Made by a program: the position numbers and the translations under genes. A stretch of 64,000 nt of DNA, from NCBI GenBank assembly GCA_023213395.1, contig CM041465.1, forward strand, positions 158,045,741 through 158,109,740, in the 5' to 3' direction. Positions within the stretch are counted from its first letter, which is position 1, and every line of letters starts with the position of its first letter. Origin of the DNA: Cycas panzhihuaensis. Its lineage: Eukaryota; Plantae; Cycadophyta. Shown in pieces: positions 50,801 to 64,000 of the stretch. Below the pieces are notes generated by a model, which was not told the origin of the DNA, ran no database searches, and saw nothing but the letters and a program-made list of their open reading frames with translations.

Positions 50801-53800
50801 GAGATAGGCAAAAGAGGATGAGATGAGGCAACAAGTTACTTTCTAAATGTGATTTACATAGGAAAGGGTTCATGGGAGAGGAAGGGTGAAAGAAGGGCAA
50901 GTTAATTGAGATACCTTAGCTACAAAAATGAAGCAAACTCTGCTACTATTTTTAGTGTGCCATAGATCATTGCATAAAGTTTATATATATGTGGTTTATT
51001 GAGTGAAATAAGTGTGTTTTATTTAGATTATATTTGAGCTATATTGCATCAGATGTATATGAGATAATATGAAGTTTAGAATTTACTATTTATATGAGTG
51101 GTTGTTGGTTATGATAGATCGTTATACTTTGGTTAGTTAGTTTGATGACAACATGAGGGTTTGTGGCTTAGTTTGATGCTACTTCAACATGTGTACATAT
51201 TCGAACAAGTCTGATGCAGAACCAAGATAGAGTGATTGATGAAATTTAAAGTGTAAATGGAAAGGTCTATGACGAGAAGCCTTAAAATCAGTTATGCCTT
51301 TGTCATGGTCTAGAATAAGAGTTGTTTGTCCCATGAACCCTGATGAATATGGTGATGTTAGTGCATGTTTTGGTTTGCCTCCCATAGATTATTGGCAGAC
51401 GTTATAGAAGATAGGTATAGGATCCCTTGTTGTGGCTATTTGTGACATATATTCCCCCTGTGTTATGTTTAGACCAATAAGAAGCCTTCCATTTATTCCT
51501 TTGGTGCATTAGAGTGAACACATCTTAGATGAAGATCACAATAGCATGATTGCAAGGGTTTGAAGCCTATGGGGTTGTTTAGCCTGTAAATAGTATGATC
51601 CACAAAGAGGAATATATTATGATTAGTCTAGATGTTAAGTTGAAGAGTTATAACATATCATGTTGAGTGTCATATAATTACAGGTTTTATCCTTTATTTC
51701 TTCTCTTTTTTAAACTATGATTTAGTAGGTGTGGAGATTTGTTTGCCTAACATTGTATTTGAGATAGAAGCAAGACCTAGTGAAAGATTTATGATGAGAA
51801 ACCATTATTTGAAGAGACATGGATTGTGACTCTATATTCCATTAATGATTGAAGACCTACATGATTATTGAAGAATGTGGATCAACATGCCAGTCAAAGC
51901 TTGTGATAGACACCAACATTTTAGCGAGTAAAGATTTACAATGAAGAGTTATATTGAAGGAAAGAACCTAGTCAATTTATAATTTGGCAAGACTTGTTGT
52001 ATATAATATTTCATGCAGAAAGAAGGATTAAGGTATCAGGAGATATTTATAATAGTCTTTATGTTTATTAGTCCATTTAACCCTTACTTTAATAGCTTTA
52101 TATAGTTAGGTATCATATCAAATGAATGAGATATCAATATTCCTTAATGAAGACTTGAAGAGGAGATTGACATGGCTCAAGTGGCTCAACCTCTTGGTTT
52201 AGTCAAAGGAATATAGATAAGTTTTATGGACAAAGTGTTAGGTGCAGAGAGAGATATATGGTTATAGTGACTATTAGAGTATTTCTAAAGAATCAAGCAC
52301 ACATGAGGTATAACACTATTATATCCGAGAGAAGATCATATCAAGGAAGATGCTGATTAAAGTTTGTCCAAGTGGAGATCAACTTGTAGATGTATTCACC
52401 AAGCTCAAACTAAAGATTTCTACATCAACATTTGTGCATATTGGGAAAGGTTATCTTTGAGAGGGGATCTATTGCCAAGGATAAACCTTATTACCCCATA
52501 TTTATATTAAGAGGGGATATTGGAATATATTAATATATTGACTAATGTCAATATGTGGTAATTTATATATGGATAATATTGGTGGGATATTGGTAAGCCA
52601 ACATATGTAACTCCTATTATTTAGGATACTTTAGATCCATAAATATAGATCAAAGTCTATATCTTATATAACATTAGATTATTAAAAATATGATATAATA
52701 TTATTTGGTGGGTTTTTACCCATAAGGGTTTTCCACAACAATCTGGTATCCTGTGTGTATGATTTCTACTATGATCTATCTGATGTGAAAGATTCTGTCA
52801 ACCTTATTTACATTTATGTTTCCCAATAAGATATATAGTTTATTAGTTTTTAAATTTCTTGTATAAATGTAGAATAATCTTGTCTCTTATGTATAAGTTA
52901 GAACAACATAATCAAGTGTGTTATGTAAGAGTAGCTTATGAAACCTATACTTACCTCTTGCAAACAATATTTATTTTTTCTTTTTATATGCTTCCTCACC
53001 TACACACTTCAACAACCTTTTCTTTGACATCTATTATTACTTCATCAAATCACTCATTTCAAAAATAATTAACTCCAAGAACAAGCTAAAATACTTAGCC
53101 AAGACAAATTAGATGTAATAAGGTAGTATTAACGATGTGTTTCCATGCATTTTGTCATACATAGTTAGTTAAATTTCTTACTAACAAACACTTTCATTCT
53201 TTCCTTTCTTCAGTTAGATAATCTTAACAACTAATTATTAGCTGGATAACATCAACAACTAATTTAGTATGCCAATTAGACAATCACTTGAGACTTCTTC
53301 TTCTCTCATTAACATGTATAATTTCTCTTTCTCCTTGTTTCTCTATTAAATAAATAACATAGGCTCTTAATCAAATACTAGGCTATGCCATCATTCATGA
53401 AATAAGTATAATTCATTCATTCATCAAATAATTATTTAAATAACAATGTGATCTATTCATTTGACTAGTGTTGGTCAGTCATTAAACTAAATGTATATAT
53501 TCCAAGGGGGATTTTTCATATCTAACATTTCAATAAATTTTTATATCAATAATTCTTTAAATATTTTTCACTTTATGAAAATTTCAACTAATTTTGAGTC
53601 TTCAAATATCATTAATGAGCAAAATAAAACTTTCTTTTTATTTCTTCAATTTTCAAAAATAACTTCACCATCATGTTTAAATCCTTTGAAAACATTAAAA
53701 TGTATTGAATTTTTTTTCAAAAAGGACATAAAATATAACTTTAATGAGGTTTAGAACACCTTTATCAAATTTACCCATTATTTTTCTATCTTCTATTGTC

Positions 53801-56119
53801 TGAAATATGTCATGTAACCACTCATTTTGATTGTCTTAAAGTTTTCTTTCTAATGTAATTGATAACACCTAAATCTAACATTCTCATCAAAAGTTATGTT
53901 AAGAAAAGCACTAGTGTATTATAAGAATGCATGCGATGCTTAATAAACTGGTGGTGGATTTCAAAATTTAATTAAATTTAATATATATTTTTTATAAAAT
54001 AAAAGATATATCAATTTAATTTATTCTTTTTTAAGGTCTGCCCCCTTCAAGACTAAGCCCCTAGTCGTGTAAAGGATACATGTCACATGCTATTGATCCA
54101 TCAGGGGCTAAAGTCTAGATTTCAAATAATATAAAATATAATTAAATATATTTTTCCACTTGTAAATTTTTTATATTCCAGAAAATTCTTGTGCAGAAAA
54201 TAACATCAACTCTATATAAAAATTCATCTTCAAATCTTTAGCTGAATCATGACAGTCTTCGTAGGTAATGATGGCATGATTTGTGGCATGGGCATATCGT
54301 TGGGCTTTTGTTTCTGCTAAATATGTAATATATTGATGGACATATAAGTAGTAGGGATTATCCTTCATTTGTTCCTTCTTACTAAGTAAGTGATCTTTAT
54401 TTCATAAATCTGTAGTTGATGTAGGTTATGGATGTGGTGATTTTTCATGGCAAAATGAGCATGGCTATGCAGGATTTTATACATTTGATTTATCTCTTTC
54501 GATTGTCGATCAATTGGATTGTGAGTTGATGGATCTACTTATTTCTTCTAATTATGATTTCATGCATTGCTGGGTGTAATCTACATAGGGGTGGTGTGAT
54601 AATTTCATGTTGTTATATACATGGGTATGGTTTCTTAGCATTTGTTTATAATGGATAGTGGCACTGCATCCATGATGGTAGTTTGTGGGTAATGCTTCAA
54701 AGTTAAGGGCATGTTATTTGATTATTTTTTACATTTCTTTCTTTTATAACAATGGAATTATTTTTATTTCATGTCATTATAAATTACCCACATATCATAG
54801 TGCCCTTAATATTCTTTTCAAATCACATATCAATAATACCCTTCAACTCATGCTAATATAATATTTTATCATGCCCATTAAAATAATGGTACCCTTTATA
54901 TTTTCTCGTTTCATCAAGTTATTTAATAATATGCCCTTTAATAATAATACCCTCATTAATATATGTAAAATTTCCCACAAAATAATAATACTCTTATGTT
55001 TGTCATGCCACCATCAAATCATTAATTCTATATGCTATATTCCTTTAACATTTACTATTCAAAATATATATACCTATCAACATGCCACTTCAATGTATTA
55101 TACAAGGTTGCTACATATTTCTTGTCTTACTGATGGATTATTGAGTTTATTCTGGCAACAAATCTCTATTATGAGACATTCATAAGTGACTCTAGAATGG
55201 TTTATAAGTGATAGTGAATCCTCAACAACACACTCATAAAAGCCTTCACTATGAATGATCATATCATATCTGGTGGACTCGTTTCATACCTGCATGTTTA
55301 TTGAATAGGACACTAACATGTATATATAAATTATCCACAATAAATACAAATTAATATACCATCAATATCTATTTCATATCTTGTATATAGATTTGTTTGT
55401 CTTCTATATATGGCTTCCATTCATCTTATTTAGTGTCTAGATCTAGTCACATGTCACTAACATTACTCTGCCATATTTAAAATTTTAGCTCATGATTCAC
55501 ATCTCATATCTAGCTCTTATACTGGCTCTATCAGTGGCTCATCAAACTAGCTTGAATAGGCTTGCTTTCTACTATACCAGATTTCTTTACTAAACATAGT
55601 TATGATGCCATACTCGAATTTATAATTGCACTTTGATACTAAATTATAAATGTAGAGTAACATAACAAAATTATAAGATGCAAATATAATAGTAGAATAA
55701 TCTCATGAGTTATATACACATGTAAAACATAAAAATAAATGTAAAGTAAATAACACATCAAGCATACAATAAGTAATCACCACAAAAGAGATACAAATAT
55801 TTATATGTGGAAAATGTAGTATGGAAAAATTCACAGGAGAAGGTGGAGTTGGGACTCCTTTTAATGATAAAAATAAGTACATCTCCTTCTTCAATTCTTT
55901 CTCAAGTTCTTAAGTGTTGTGTGTATATATTCATATTAATGTTCACCTCATGAGTAGTCTATTATTATTTTTTTCATCCTTTACATCATCCAATAGTATC
56001 TTTACATCGATATATATGCATCTCACATATCTCAATGTGTGTGATTGGTGGAATTATGTATATGTCATATCTCACTAACATTAAACATTATATATGTGAT
56101 TAAATCATACATTTCAACA
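47874..56119 (-). mobile_element. Non-autonomous LTR element G with element E nested inside
   Basis: LTRs 47874-48347 (duplicate 43339-43812) and 55642-56119; PPT tcccccctt at 48348; PBS relic ctttgatacta 55631-55641; no intact ORF. Confidence 0.75.
48852..52828 (+). mobile_element. Non-autonomous Copia-derived element E
   Basis: LTRs 48852-49160 and 52518-52828; TSD AGATA; PBS tggtataagagc 49161-49172; PPT aagagggga; RT/RNase H relics FLNEDL.EEI, HYYIREKI, DQLVDVFTK at 52130-52405. Confidence 0.92.
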
Positions 56120-57549
56120 TGATCATTTTATAGAAGTAGTCAATCATCTACTAAGGAAAAAAAAGAGTTTTTAATGGCTATTGAAGTCTCATTTTGGAGT
56201 CTATTACAAGCATTCCTTTACTAAGATTCATTGCCAAAATATAGGCCACTAAAATACAAAAAGTTTCTTGTAGTTATGTACTTAAATTATTTTTGTTGGT
56301 GTATGTTTTTGGGAAAGCAATTATTGTCTACTAAGTAAAAAAACTAGTAGGGTTTTACTATGAAAAAGAGAAGAAAAATATATTATATAATTTTTTGTAT
56401 GAAGAGCCTATGGAAAGTTGTCTTTGAATCTAGTGGGTTGTAATATTTCCTCTGGTCTTAATAATAGTACTAAGATACCCACATATTTCAATTGATATTT
56501 GATTCCATCCAAAGAAATTTGACTCAATGAGTTTGATGATTATTTTATAAACCATTGAGCTTCATCTTGATTGCATGTTTCTAAAGTTTCCACTGAAACC
56601 CTAAAGCAAAGTAGATTTAGTTGTGATTTTATCTTGCATTCAACATTAGATGAAGGGGCTTCCTATCTTAAAAAATTAACACCATATTCTTTGCTTTAAA
56701 AAATGGCACTATTCTTGGATTTAAGTCAAATAACGATATCCCTATCCAAAAGCTCTAATCTTACATCACATAAAACCTCTTTCATAGATTCCTTGAGCCC
56801 AAATTTTAGGGCTACTACAAGACTATTTTTTAGGCATTGACTGTTATTATTAGCACCTAGAACATTGATTTATGAAGTATTCAAAGAGGGATTTCTAGCA
56901 AACTCCTTAATACGTAATTTGTTCTTAGATTTTAGAGTTAGGCTAGATAGATTTCCATATCTAAACTCACCAATAATTTTTGTTAATTGAACATTAAGCT
57001 TTCTGTTGGTGTTGTCATCCATTTCTTTAAAGTTTATTATTTCTACAAATTAAAGTTGACTAGATTTCAATGTTTGCAATGACATTGCCATATGAAGACC
57101 AAAAAAGAGAATCAAAGATACCCTATCATAGATGAAGGTGGATGAGATAGGAGATGGTCAAAGTGTTTATTTGTCAGTAAGTTATTTGGTTTGGTAGAGA
57201 TAAAGCAAAATCAATTGTAAAATAAAGTAAATACCTTACAGAGGATAATGGTAGATGGTTAGAGCTTGATGAGAATAAAGAAGCCTTATAATATTGCCAT
57301 TTGCATAACCCCTATGTACACAATAAAAAATTCAAAACCCTAAATAATGCCATTTTTTAAATTATTTTTTTGGATATATTATTGTGACCCAATTTAATTA
57401 TGGAAGTTGGTTACAAAACTATTAGAAGTTGGTTATATTATTATTGGGGAAGTAAGTGTCTTTTTTGTTGATAAAGTTTAATTGATGGGGGTTTTGAAGA
57501 GGCCCCAACCCCTTTATATCATCTTCCAATGAGGCTTTAAAAACTATCA

Positions 57550-60500
57550 TGACAAGCCCACGACCTAGCTAATCCTTACCCCCAATTATTTTACAAGCCC
57601 ATCCATTTCATCGACAAACCCGATGGATATCTTAACAAGCCCGCCTGGTATCTAGACCTTCCAAATCCTTCCTGACCAGATCTTGAATCCCTTCAAGAAT
57701 TGAGTCTTTCGAAAGTTCATATGTTTTAGTCTACACTCCCCAATTGGCCAACTAGTCCGCGACCCCATTACCTTCTTTATACATGTGGATCACTTGGTAG
57801 TTGTTTCCCGGCTATCGGGAATGGACTTGCGACACATCGACACAGGTTTGTGCAGGTATATGCCTTTACTTTGCTTACTTATGATCGTTGCGATTGGGAA
57901 TGGTTTGATTGACATGTGCCCGCCCATATGCACTGTTTGGTTGCTTGTTCATTATGCATGTGCCTAACGGCACCTTTTAGACTACGACGACTCACGGTAG
58001 GGGCATTCATCGAATGCGACACCGTATGTATGCAACCACCCACGACGTCTCCATGGTCTTTCGGGATGCTTTCATACTGTTTATGCGTGTTACCGTCGCT
58101 TATGTTGCAAACCCTTTCTAAGCTGGTTTAACCCTTGGTTAGGTCTTTTTGCACCGTTTGAGCACATGCCCATGACCTAAAAGCGCTCTTGACTAATGTA
58201 TTTTGAGTTTAATTTATGATTTTACCTTAAAACCCGATTTCTTACTTTAATTTTACTGTTTTTGGGTTTCGGTTCCGTCTGCATCAGTAAATTAAGCGAT
58301 CTGCTGAAATTCGAGCGGTACCGGTCGTCTGCATGATAAACTTAGCTTACCGCTAAGTTTATCGCATGATCGCTTAAAATTTAAAAAGAGAAACCACGCG
58401 ACGTGGCGCGATTTTCATGACCGTGGCTCTAATCTGTTGGGCGCCGGGGCCCCCACGTTCACTCGCTTCACTCAAGACATAAAACCATTTTTCATTCATT
58501 TGCTTCATTATTCACCTCACTTTTCAACTTTCCTAGAGCATTTTTTCACAAAGAGACAAAGAACAAAAAATGATAAGAGACATCCTCCTACATTTGTGGA
58601 TCGAGGTACAAAGGGTCGCTTATTCTTTGGAGTTGCAGGCCATTGCTGCCTCACGAGTCTGCTCTAAGCACTCTTCCTCTTCATACATTCTCAAGGCTTC
58701 CAAGAGGATTTTTCACCAAGAAAGACCATCGCAGGAGCCATTTCCAAGCTTTTGACTTGCATGAGGTTCCACTACCTTATTCTCTTGCAAGGGACATGCA
58801 ACAACACCTCATAGGCATTGGTTGGACCGGCGCACCAAGCTTCCAAGGACCCACATGCTCTCATTTCTCATCATTGGAGGTATTTGGTGTCCCTTGTTAA
58901 GTGTTTTTTTGCTTATTTCTTCATTGCTTACTTGCAAATCTTTTCCTCTCTTTGTGCATGTATTTCCTTGAGTTTCCCTTGATCATTTGATGCAAATAAC
59001 AGTAGCGGTTGTGGCCCATTGAGTCTTGCCGCCTAGGCTAGGCCTAGTTTCTCACTTGCCCCCCTAAACCCATCCTTTTCCTCCAACCCTTCTCTTTCGC
59101 CATTTCTTGGGCAAGCCGGCATAAAGGGTTACACGAGGGTTAGAGGGAGGTAGGCGGGGTTCCGTCCCCGTCCTACTCCCCAAGGGTTCCGTCCCTTATC
59201 CTCTCCCCCTTTATCTCCCGCTTTTGCTTAGGAAACGGGGCTAGAGAAGCTTTGGAGAGTCGGTTTGAATACCCGTCTTGGTATAGGCTATCCGTTGCTA
59301 CACGACCCATCCTGTTACATGCTAGCAACGCAACCCTTACACCCTGTGGAGACCGCGCGTGGGTGAGTCAGCCAACCCGAGGCTACACTCGATCCGTTTG
59401 CGCGTTGGTGGTGTATGTCGATTGCATATGTGTCGTGTGACTTCGTTTCCTTTCATTGCATGTTAGTGCCTAACCGTATCTTCCTAGCTTAGTTTATTTT
59501 ACTTGCGGCACATATATACATACCTTTTTGTATCTCGTAGCCTCTCTCTCGAGAGGAAGGTATTCGCTTATTTGCTTGCGGGGAGGCGTTCGGAGCAAAG
59601 GCGCATAGGGTCGACCCATTCACGGCCGACGCTTGTTTGACGTTCTCCCTTTTGTTTATGTCGCTTTGAGCTTTCTTTTCATCGTTTCGATTTAGTTAGT
59701 GTTTATTTGCTTTCGGGAGGTAAGTGATCCCCATCACCGCTTGCAACCGACGTCGCATCGAGAGGGACGACGGAGGAAGCACAACCGTGACGGACACTGC
59801 GTCTCGGCCCAAATTTGGGATCCGGTATTCTCCGCTCACCTTCCATACTCTTTTTCGTGCTCTTCGTTCCTTTACACTTGCTTTAGTAGTTAAAGAACAT
59901 AAGAAAAAGGGAAGAAATAACTATTTAGTTTGTACTTGCTTTTTACTCTGCATTTACTTTACTTGTACATTTCTTTGCTATACCGCGTATTATGGTATTT
60001 GAGATCCTGTGACCGATCCCTCCTTAGCCGCTCTTGCATATATATTTTACGTGACACGTTCGGTTGGTTGCCCCCTTCGCCGCTTTCTCATTGCCTTGAG
60101 AAGTAGCGGTCAGTTTCCTTTTTCCCTTCCGGCCATCCAAGGGTAGGAGGGTCTCGCCTTACGGCTACACTGAAGCAACCGGGCACCTTGCGATCCGTGC
60201 AGCGCTCCGTGCCGCAGGCGTCCCAGCGGTATGATCCTCGTTCTTTAGCCCTGTTAGCCCTGTGGTTTTGTGTCCTTCCGCTAGCGTTGGATCATTGCCC
60301 GTGGAGAGCGTTTCACTTGGCGACCATCTTGGGGGCCGCCGGTAAGGGAGCTAGATCCGCTTCCCTTCGTGTTGGTGCTCTTGCCTTTAGGTAGGCTCGC
60401 ATTTTGTGTTTTGAGTTGGGCAACCCCAAGCGGGTTTGCGATGCTTTCCTTCCTTTTCCTTTCGCTTTTCTAACAACGCTCGCGGGCGTTGCATGCGATG

Positions 60501-63500
60501 TTTCTCGCGGCAGCTTGCGGGGTTTGGCCGTTGTTAGAAGACCAATCGTCGCGTTTCATTCCATCGTCGAGCCCCGTTTGGCAATGGAAGGTTACCCGTC
60601 CGATTGGGCCGACCATGCCATGACTTTGAACTCATGAGTTCCTTCGTCTGCTCCGGAATCCACCCGTGAGGGCGAGGATTCCATCTATTACCTCGATGAC
60701 CATTTCCACCCCGAAGATTTTGAACCTTCCACTCATGCAGCGGAAGATCCGGCTACTCGTGAGACCCGCCACCCCACCGGGCGAGCCTTACGAGGAGCCA
60801 CTGAGGTCCCCTACTTCAAGTCCCTTCGACCTCGTATGGCTATGAGGATACCCCTCCTCTCGACGCGGTCGAGGCGCTTGGCGAATACTTTCGAGCAGTT
60901 CGCCGCCAACCGCCTCCTAGATGGTTAACGGAGATGCTACGCAACGTGGCGACTTCCTCATCCATGCCCACGTCATCTACGGTTGATACGTCATGGCGCA
61001 CACCGTCTATCTTGGTGTCTACCCGGCTCCTAAGGCGAGTGTTGCGCTTCTTGGCTTCTAGTCGTGGTCCCACTTCCTCGGGACCCGCGCGCAGCGCATC
61101 TTTCCCTCAACTCGGGGTTAGTATGCCTTGCTCAAACCAAACGCACGTACCACCGCCGAACGTGGCGCACGCGTTCCCTAGTAGGCCTCGAGGCCCTGCT
61201 AGCGCCGCCGCCAGCCATGTAGGACTCACTCCTACGTATGCCCAGAACCCGGTTGGTGGTCCTTCTCTTTACGTGCCCCCAGGCTACACGTCACAACCTT
61301 GGGGGCAGGGCAAGGAAACCACCTCACATACATGGAGTGGACCCGTTGCACCCATATGGGGTCGCGCCACCTACGGTGGCCCATATGGGCAAACCCGGTC
61401 CCTCACCCCTGCTTCCGACGTCCGGTAGCGACTCCTGCTGCTGCGTCGGCCTGAGGAGCGCGCCTCCTTTCCGTAACATCTACCCGCACCCCCTTCCCAC
61501 AAGGGTGTTTCCTCAAGGAGGGATGGGACCGACACCCCATCCGTTCCTTTTTGGGTTGTCGATCCCTTAGCCGAGCAAGGACACGTCCTTTCGTGGACTA
61601 TAGGTCGACGCCTCGTCCTGAGGCGTTGAGGACTAACTTGCGCCTCACCCTCACGAAGTCCCCAAATTTGATGGGACTTCGTCGCGAGACAACCGAGCAT
61701 GTCTTGTGACTTTTCCATGGCGTGCATTGACTATTGGGCCTCGACCACATCTTGATGAAGCTCTTCCGCGATCCTTGCAGGCGGCGCCCTCAGTGGTTCT
61801 CTGCCTTAGGCCCATTCGATCTCCTCATTCCAAGGCTAGTGGGCGAGTTCGTCAACTATTTTGACGTAGCGCGCCCATTCGAGAGCGGAATGAAGGCGCT
61901 GTCGCTCAAACAAGGTCACGATGAGATGAGCGTGACTTTGTGCGACGCTTTCACGACCTCCTTCACTCCACCAAGGCCACATTGCCTGAGGAGTTGAAGA
62001 GGGATCTCTTTGTCAACGCGCTTCGCCCCGAGGTGCATGTGGAAGTCCTCAAGATGGGGGCAACCACATGCGACTCCGCCATCACGAGGTGTTTAGCTTT
62101 GGAGGCTATTGAGATCCGTGCAGACTCAAGAAACCTCCTAGGCCCTCGCAGTCATGAGGCGCCTCCTCCGGCCGAAGGAGACTAAACCTTCAGCCTACTA
62201 GGACCACCTCTCATCCGACTGAGAGGACCCTAGATCCGCTTACTTCCGCCATCCGCTCGTTTGAGCGCGCGATGAAGGAGTTAAAACTCCAACCTCCTTC
62301 ATCACCTACCCCTCACAGACCCGTCCAGCAGACTTCCCGTGCGGCACCCCCCAAAGGGGGCAACACCCAACCTTCTCAAGCAAGGAGGATCGATCCTCCC
62401 CTTGAGAAGAGGTGGTGTTCTATCCACGGGGAGTGCTTCCATGACGACGCGCGTTGCCGGGCCCAGCACCCACGCGATGCTCCGCCACGCGACTCGTCCC
62501 CTAGGCGAACGTCGAGGCCCAACCTCGACCAGCCCATTCATAGAGACCCGTTCCCCAAGCATGGGGAACGGGGCCGCGATGTTCAGCAAAGAAACAACCG
62601 GGCCGGACAAGTCTCCGATCCCCGCTGCGTGGTAGAGGGAAGGGTGTCGCCGGCCGCCTTCCTTCGCGGTCTCCCGACCGTCGCGCTCCATCACCTTCGC
62701 GGTCCGTAACAAGGGAAAGAAGGTGATCCGGATGCTTGAGACCACCCCTCTCTGGCGTTAACGGTCTCAAGCCGCCAAGGAGGCAACGGGTGCCTCGCGT
62801 CTACTCGCATCTTGATCCCTCTCGGAGACCACTCCTCCGGAGATTCCACTTCCCAAGACTATTCCGTGCGCCCAGGCGATTCGACTTTAGGAGAGCCCTT
62901 ACCCAACCCACGGAGGGTAAGCCCTTCTCCGTAGTCGAAGAGCTTCTCACGATGGCGTGGGATGTCCATCATGGACGTCTTGAGAAGTTGCCGGGCGGCG
63001 CTTCTCCTGAAGCTCTTGGGTCGAACGATGCGTCCGTGCACGCCTTGGTACGACCCCAGTGGCGAACCCACTATTTCTTCGACCCTGAGATCTTCCCGTC
63101 CAGTGGGAGGGGCGCCCGGTGGAACTTCCCTTTCACTATCACGATAGATACTCCCGATTGCGTTGCGAAGAAGCGCCGTTGACAGCGGTTCTTCCGTCAA
63201 CGTCATGCCCTGCGGCGTTATGCAAGAGCTTGGCGTTCGCCTTGGAACCCGTTCCATGGCGGTTCGAAACTATGACGATGCAGAAGACTCCTTTGGGATC
63301 CGTCTCGATACCCCTTACCCTCGAGGATAAGGCGGTGCGTTCTTGACATTGTCGTCCTCGATGTTGATGTCGATTATAACTTTTGCTCTTGGGTGACCAT
63401 GGCTTGACCAAATGGGAGCCGTGTGTTCCACCGTTGGGGGCAACTCAAATTTGTCCATAATGGACAAATAAAGTTGTCCTCATGACGATCGCCGCCAAAC

Positions 63501-64000
63501 CTGTTAGGACTCACTTGGGCAAGCCATAGCTATCTGAAGGGAGTAACGCCCTTGACTACGTCTCGGCTTGCTCTATCGGAATCCCGATTCCTCCTCCCAG
63601 AAGAAGGCCCGCACCTTCTTCTCCGCGTTAACGCGTTTCGCTCCTATCGGCGTCGGCGGTATGGGTATCTCGTGCTTGACGACGACGGGTCCCATGGGAG
63701 GAAGAGGACCTTCCTCACGGTTTCGTTCCTCCGCTTGTGTAGGACATCTACAGTCCTAGAGTTACTCCCATGACCCCTTTTGTGGTTGGTAGGGTTACTT
63801 TCACGGGTCGCATGACATGCGCATGTCGACTCGTGCATTCCGACTTTTCCATCCCATCACCCCGTAGGTGATGATGTGGAGAGTCTTCCTCTAGCTTTTA
63901 CGAGGAACCTCTCCCTGCTACCCTCTCGGCTTCTCGCGGATGGCCAGGCGGTCTTGAGGCATCTGAGCCCTATCGCTCCGCGCCATCCGTCACCTCGCCC
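57550..64000 (+). mobile_element. Young GC-rich Tat/Ogre-like Gypsy, 5' part, running off the window
   Basis: Abrupt rise in GC and CpG at 57550. Probable LTR 57550-60315 (TGACAAGC...GCGTTTCA); PBS-like tggcgacca 60318-60326, compatible with a tRNA-Arg 3' end; gag and protease motifs downstream. Confidence 0.8.
60583..64000 (+). pseudogene. Tat-like gag-protease, frameshifted in this sequence
   Basis: PKFDG about 61661, LMKLF, KQGHDE, KRDLFVNALRPEV; Zn knuckle WCSIHGECFHDDARC about 62413-62457; protease VDSGSSVNVM about 63178; LLG.PWL about 63385. Confidence 0.85.

Noticed and set aside
53820-53920. Minus-strand LDLGVINY resembling the pogo DDE motif
   Set aside because: No other transposase motifs or terminal repeats; another frame gives SAFLN, so a decayed Copia RT is equally plausible.
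792-57500. Numerous 60-110 aa ORFs as host genes
   Set aside because: They are TE fragments, antisense to TE coding sequence, or low-complexity AT-rich chance ORFs.
60840-63838. Many overlapping ORFs on both strands
   Set aside because: Expected in GC-rich DNA; the plus-strand pieces are frameshifted gag-protease fragments.

Overview
Eukaryotic DNA, almost certainly a land plant with a large, heavily methylated genome. Only about the first 2 kb looks like host gene (a 122-aa ORF or exon end plus probable 3' UTR). The rest is nested LTR retrotransposons, given letter names here. Four elements are delimited by paired LTRs, PBS, PPT and an exact 5-bp target-site duplication (TSD): Copia B (12005-25928, minus, AAAAT); a chromovirus Gypsy inserted in B's RNase H (12954-19319, plus, GATTG); a very young internally deleted Copia C with identical LTRs and an in-frame gag-RT fusion (32411-35198, plus, ATTCC); and non-autonomous Copia E (48852-52828, plus, AGATA). 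An older Gypsy H probably spans 6047-37677 and carries a decayed extra ORF before its PPT. There is also a 4.54-kb head-to-tail duplication (39909-48981) containing an array of four primer-binding sites, and a young GC-rich Tat-like Gypsy from 57550 past the window end. I found no intact autonomous ORF, RNA gene or CRISPR array. Identities are by-eye estimates, not computed.
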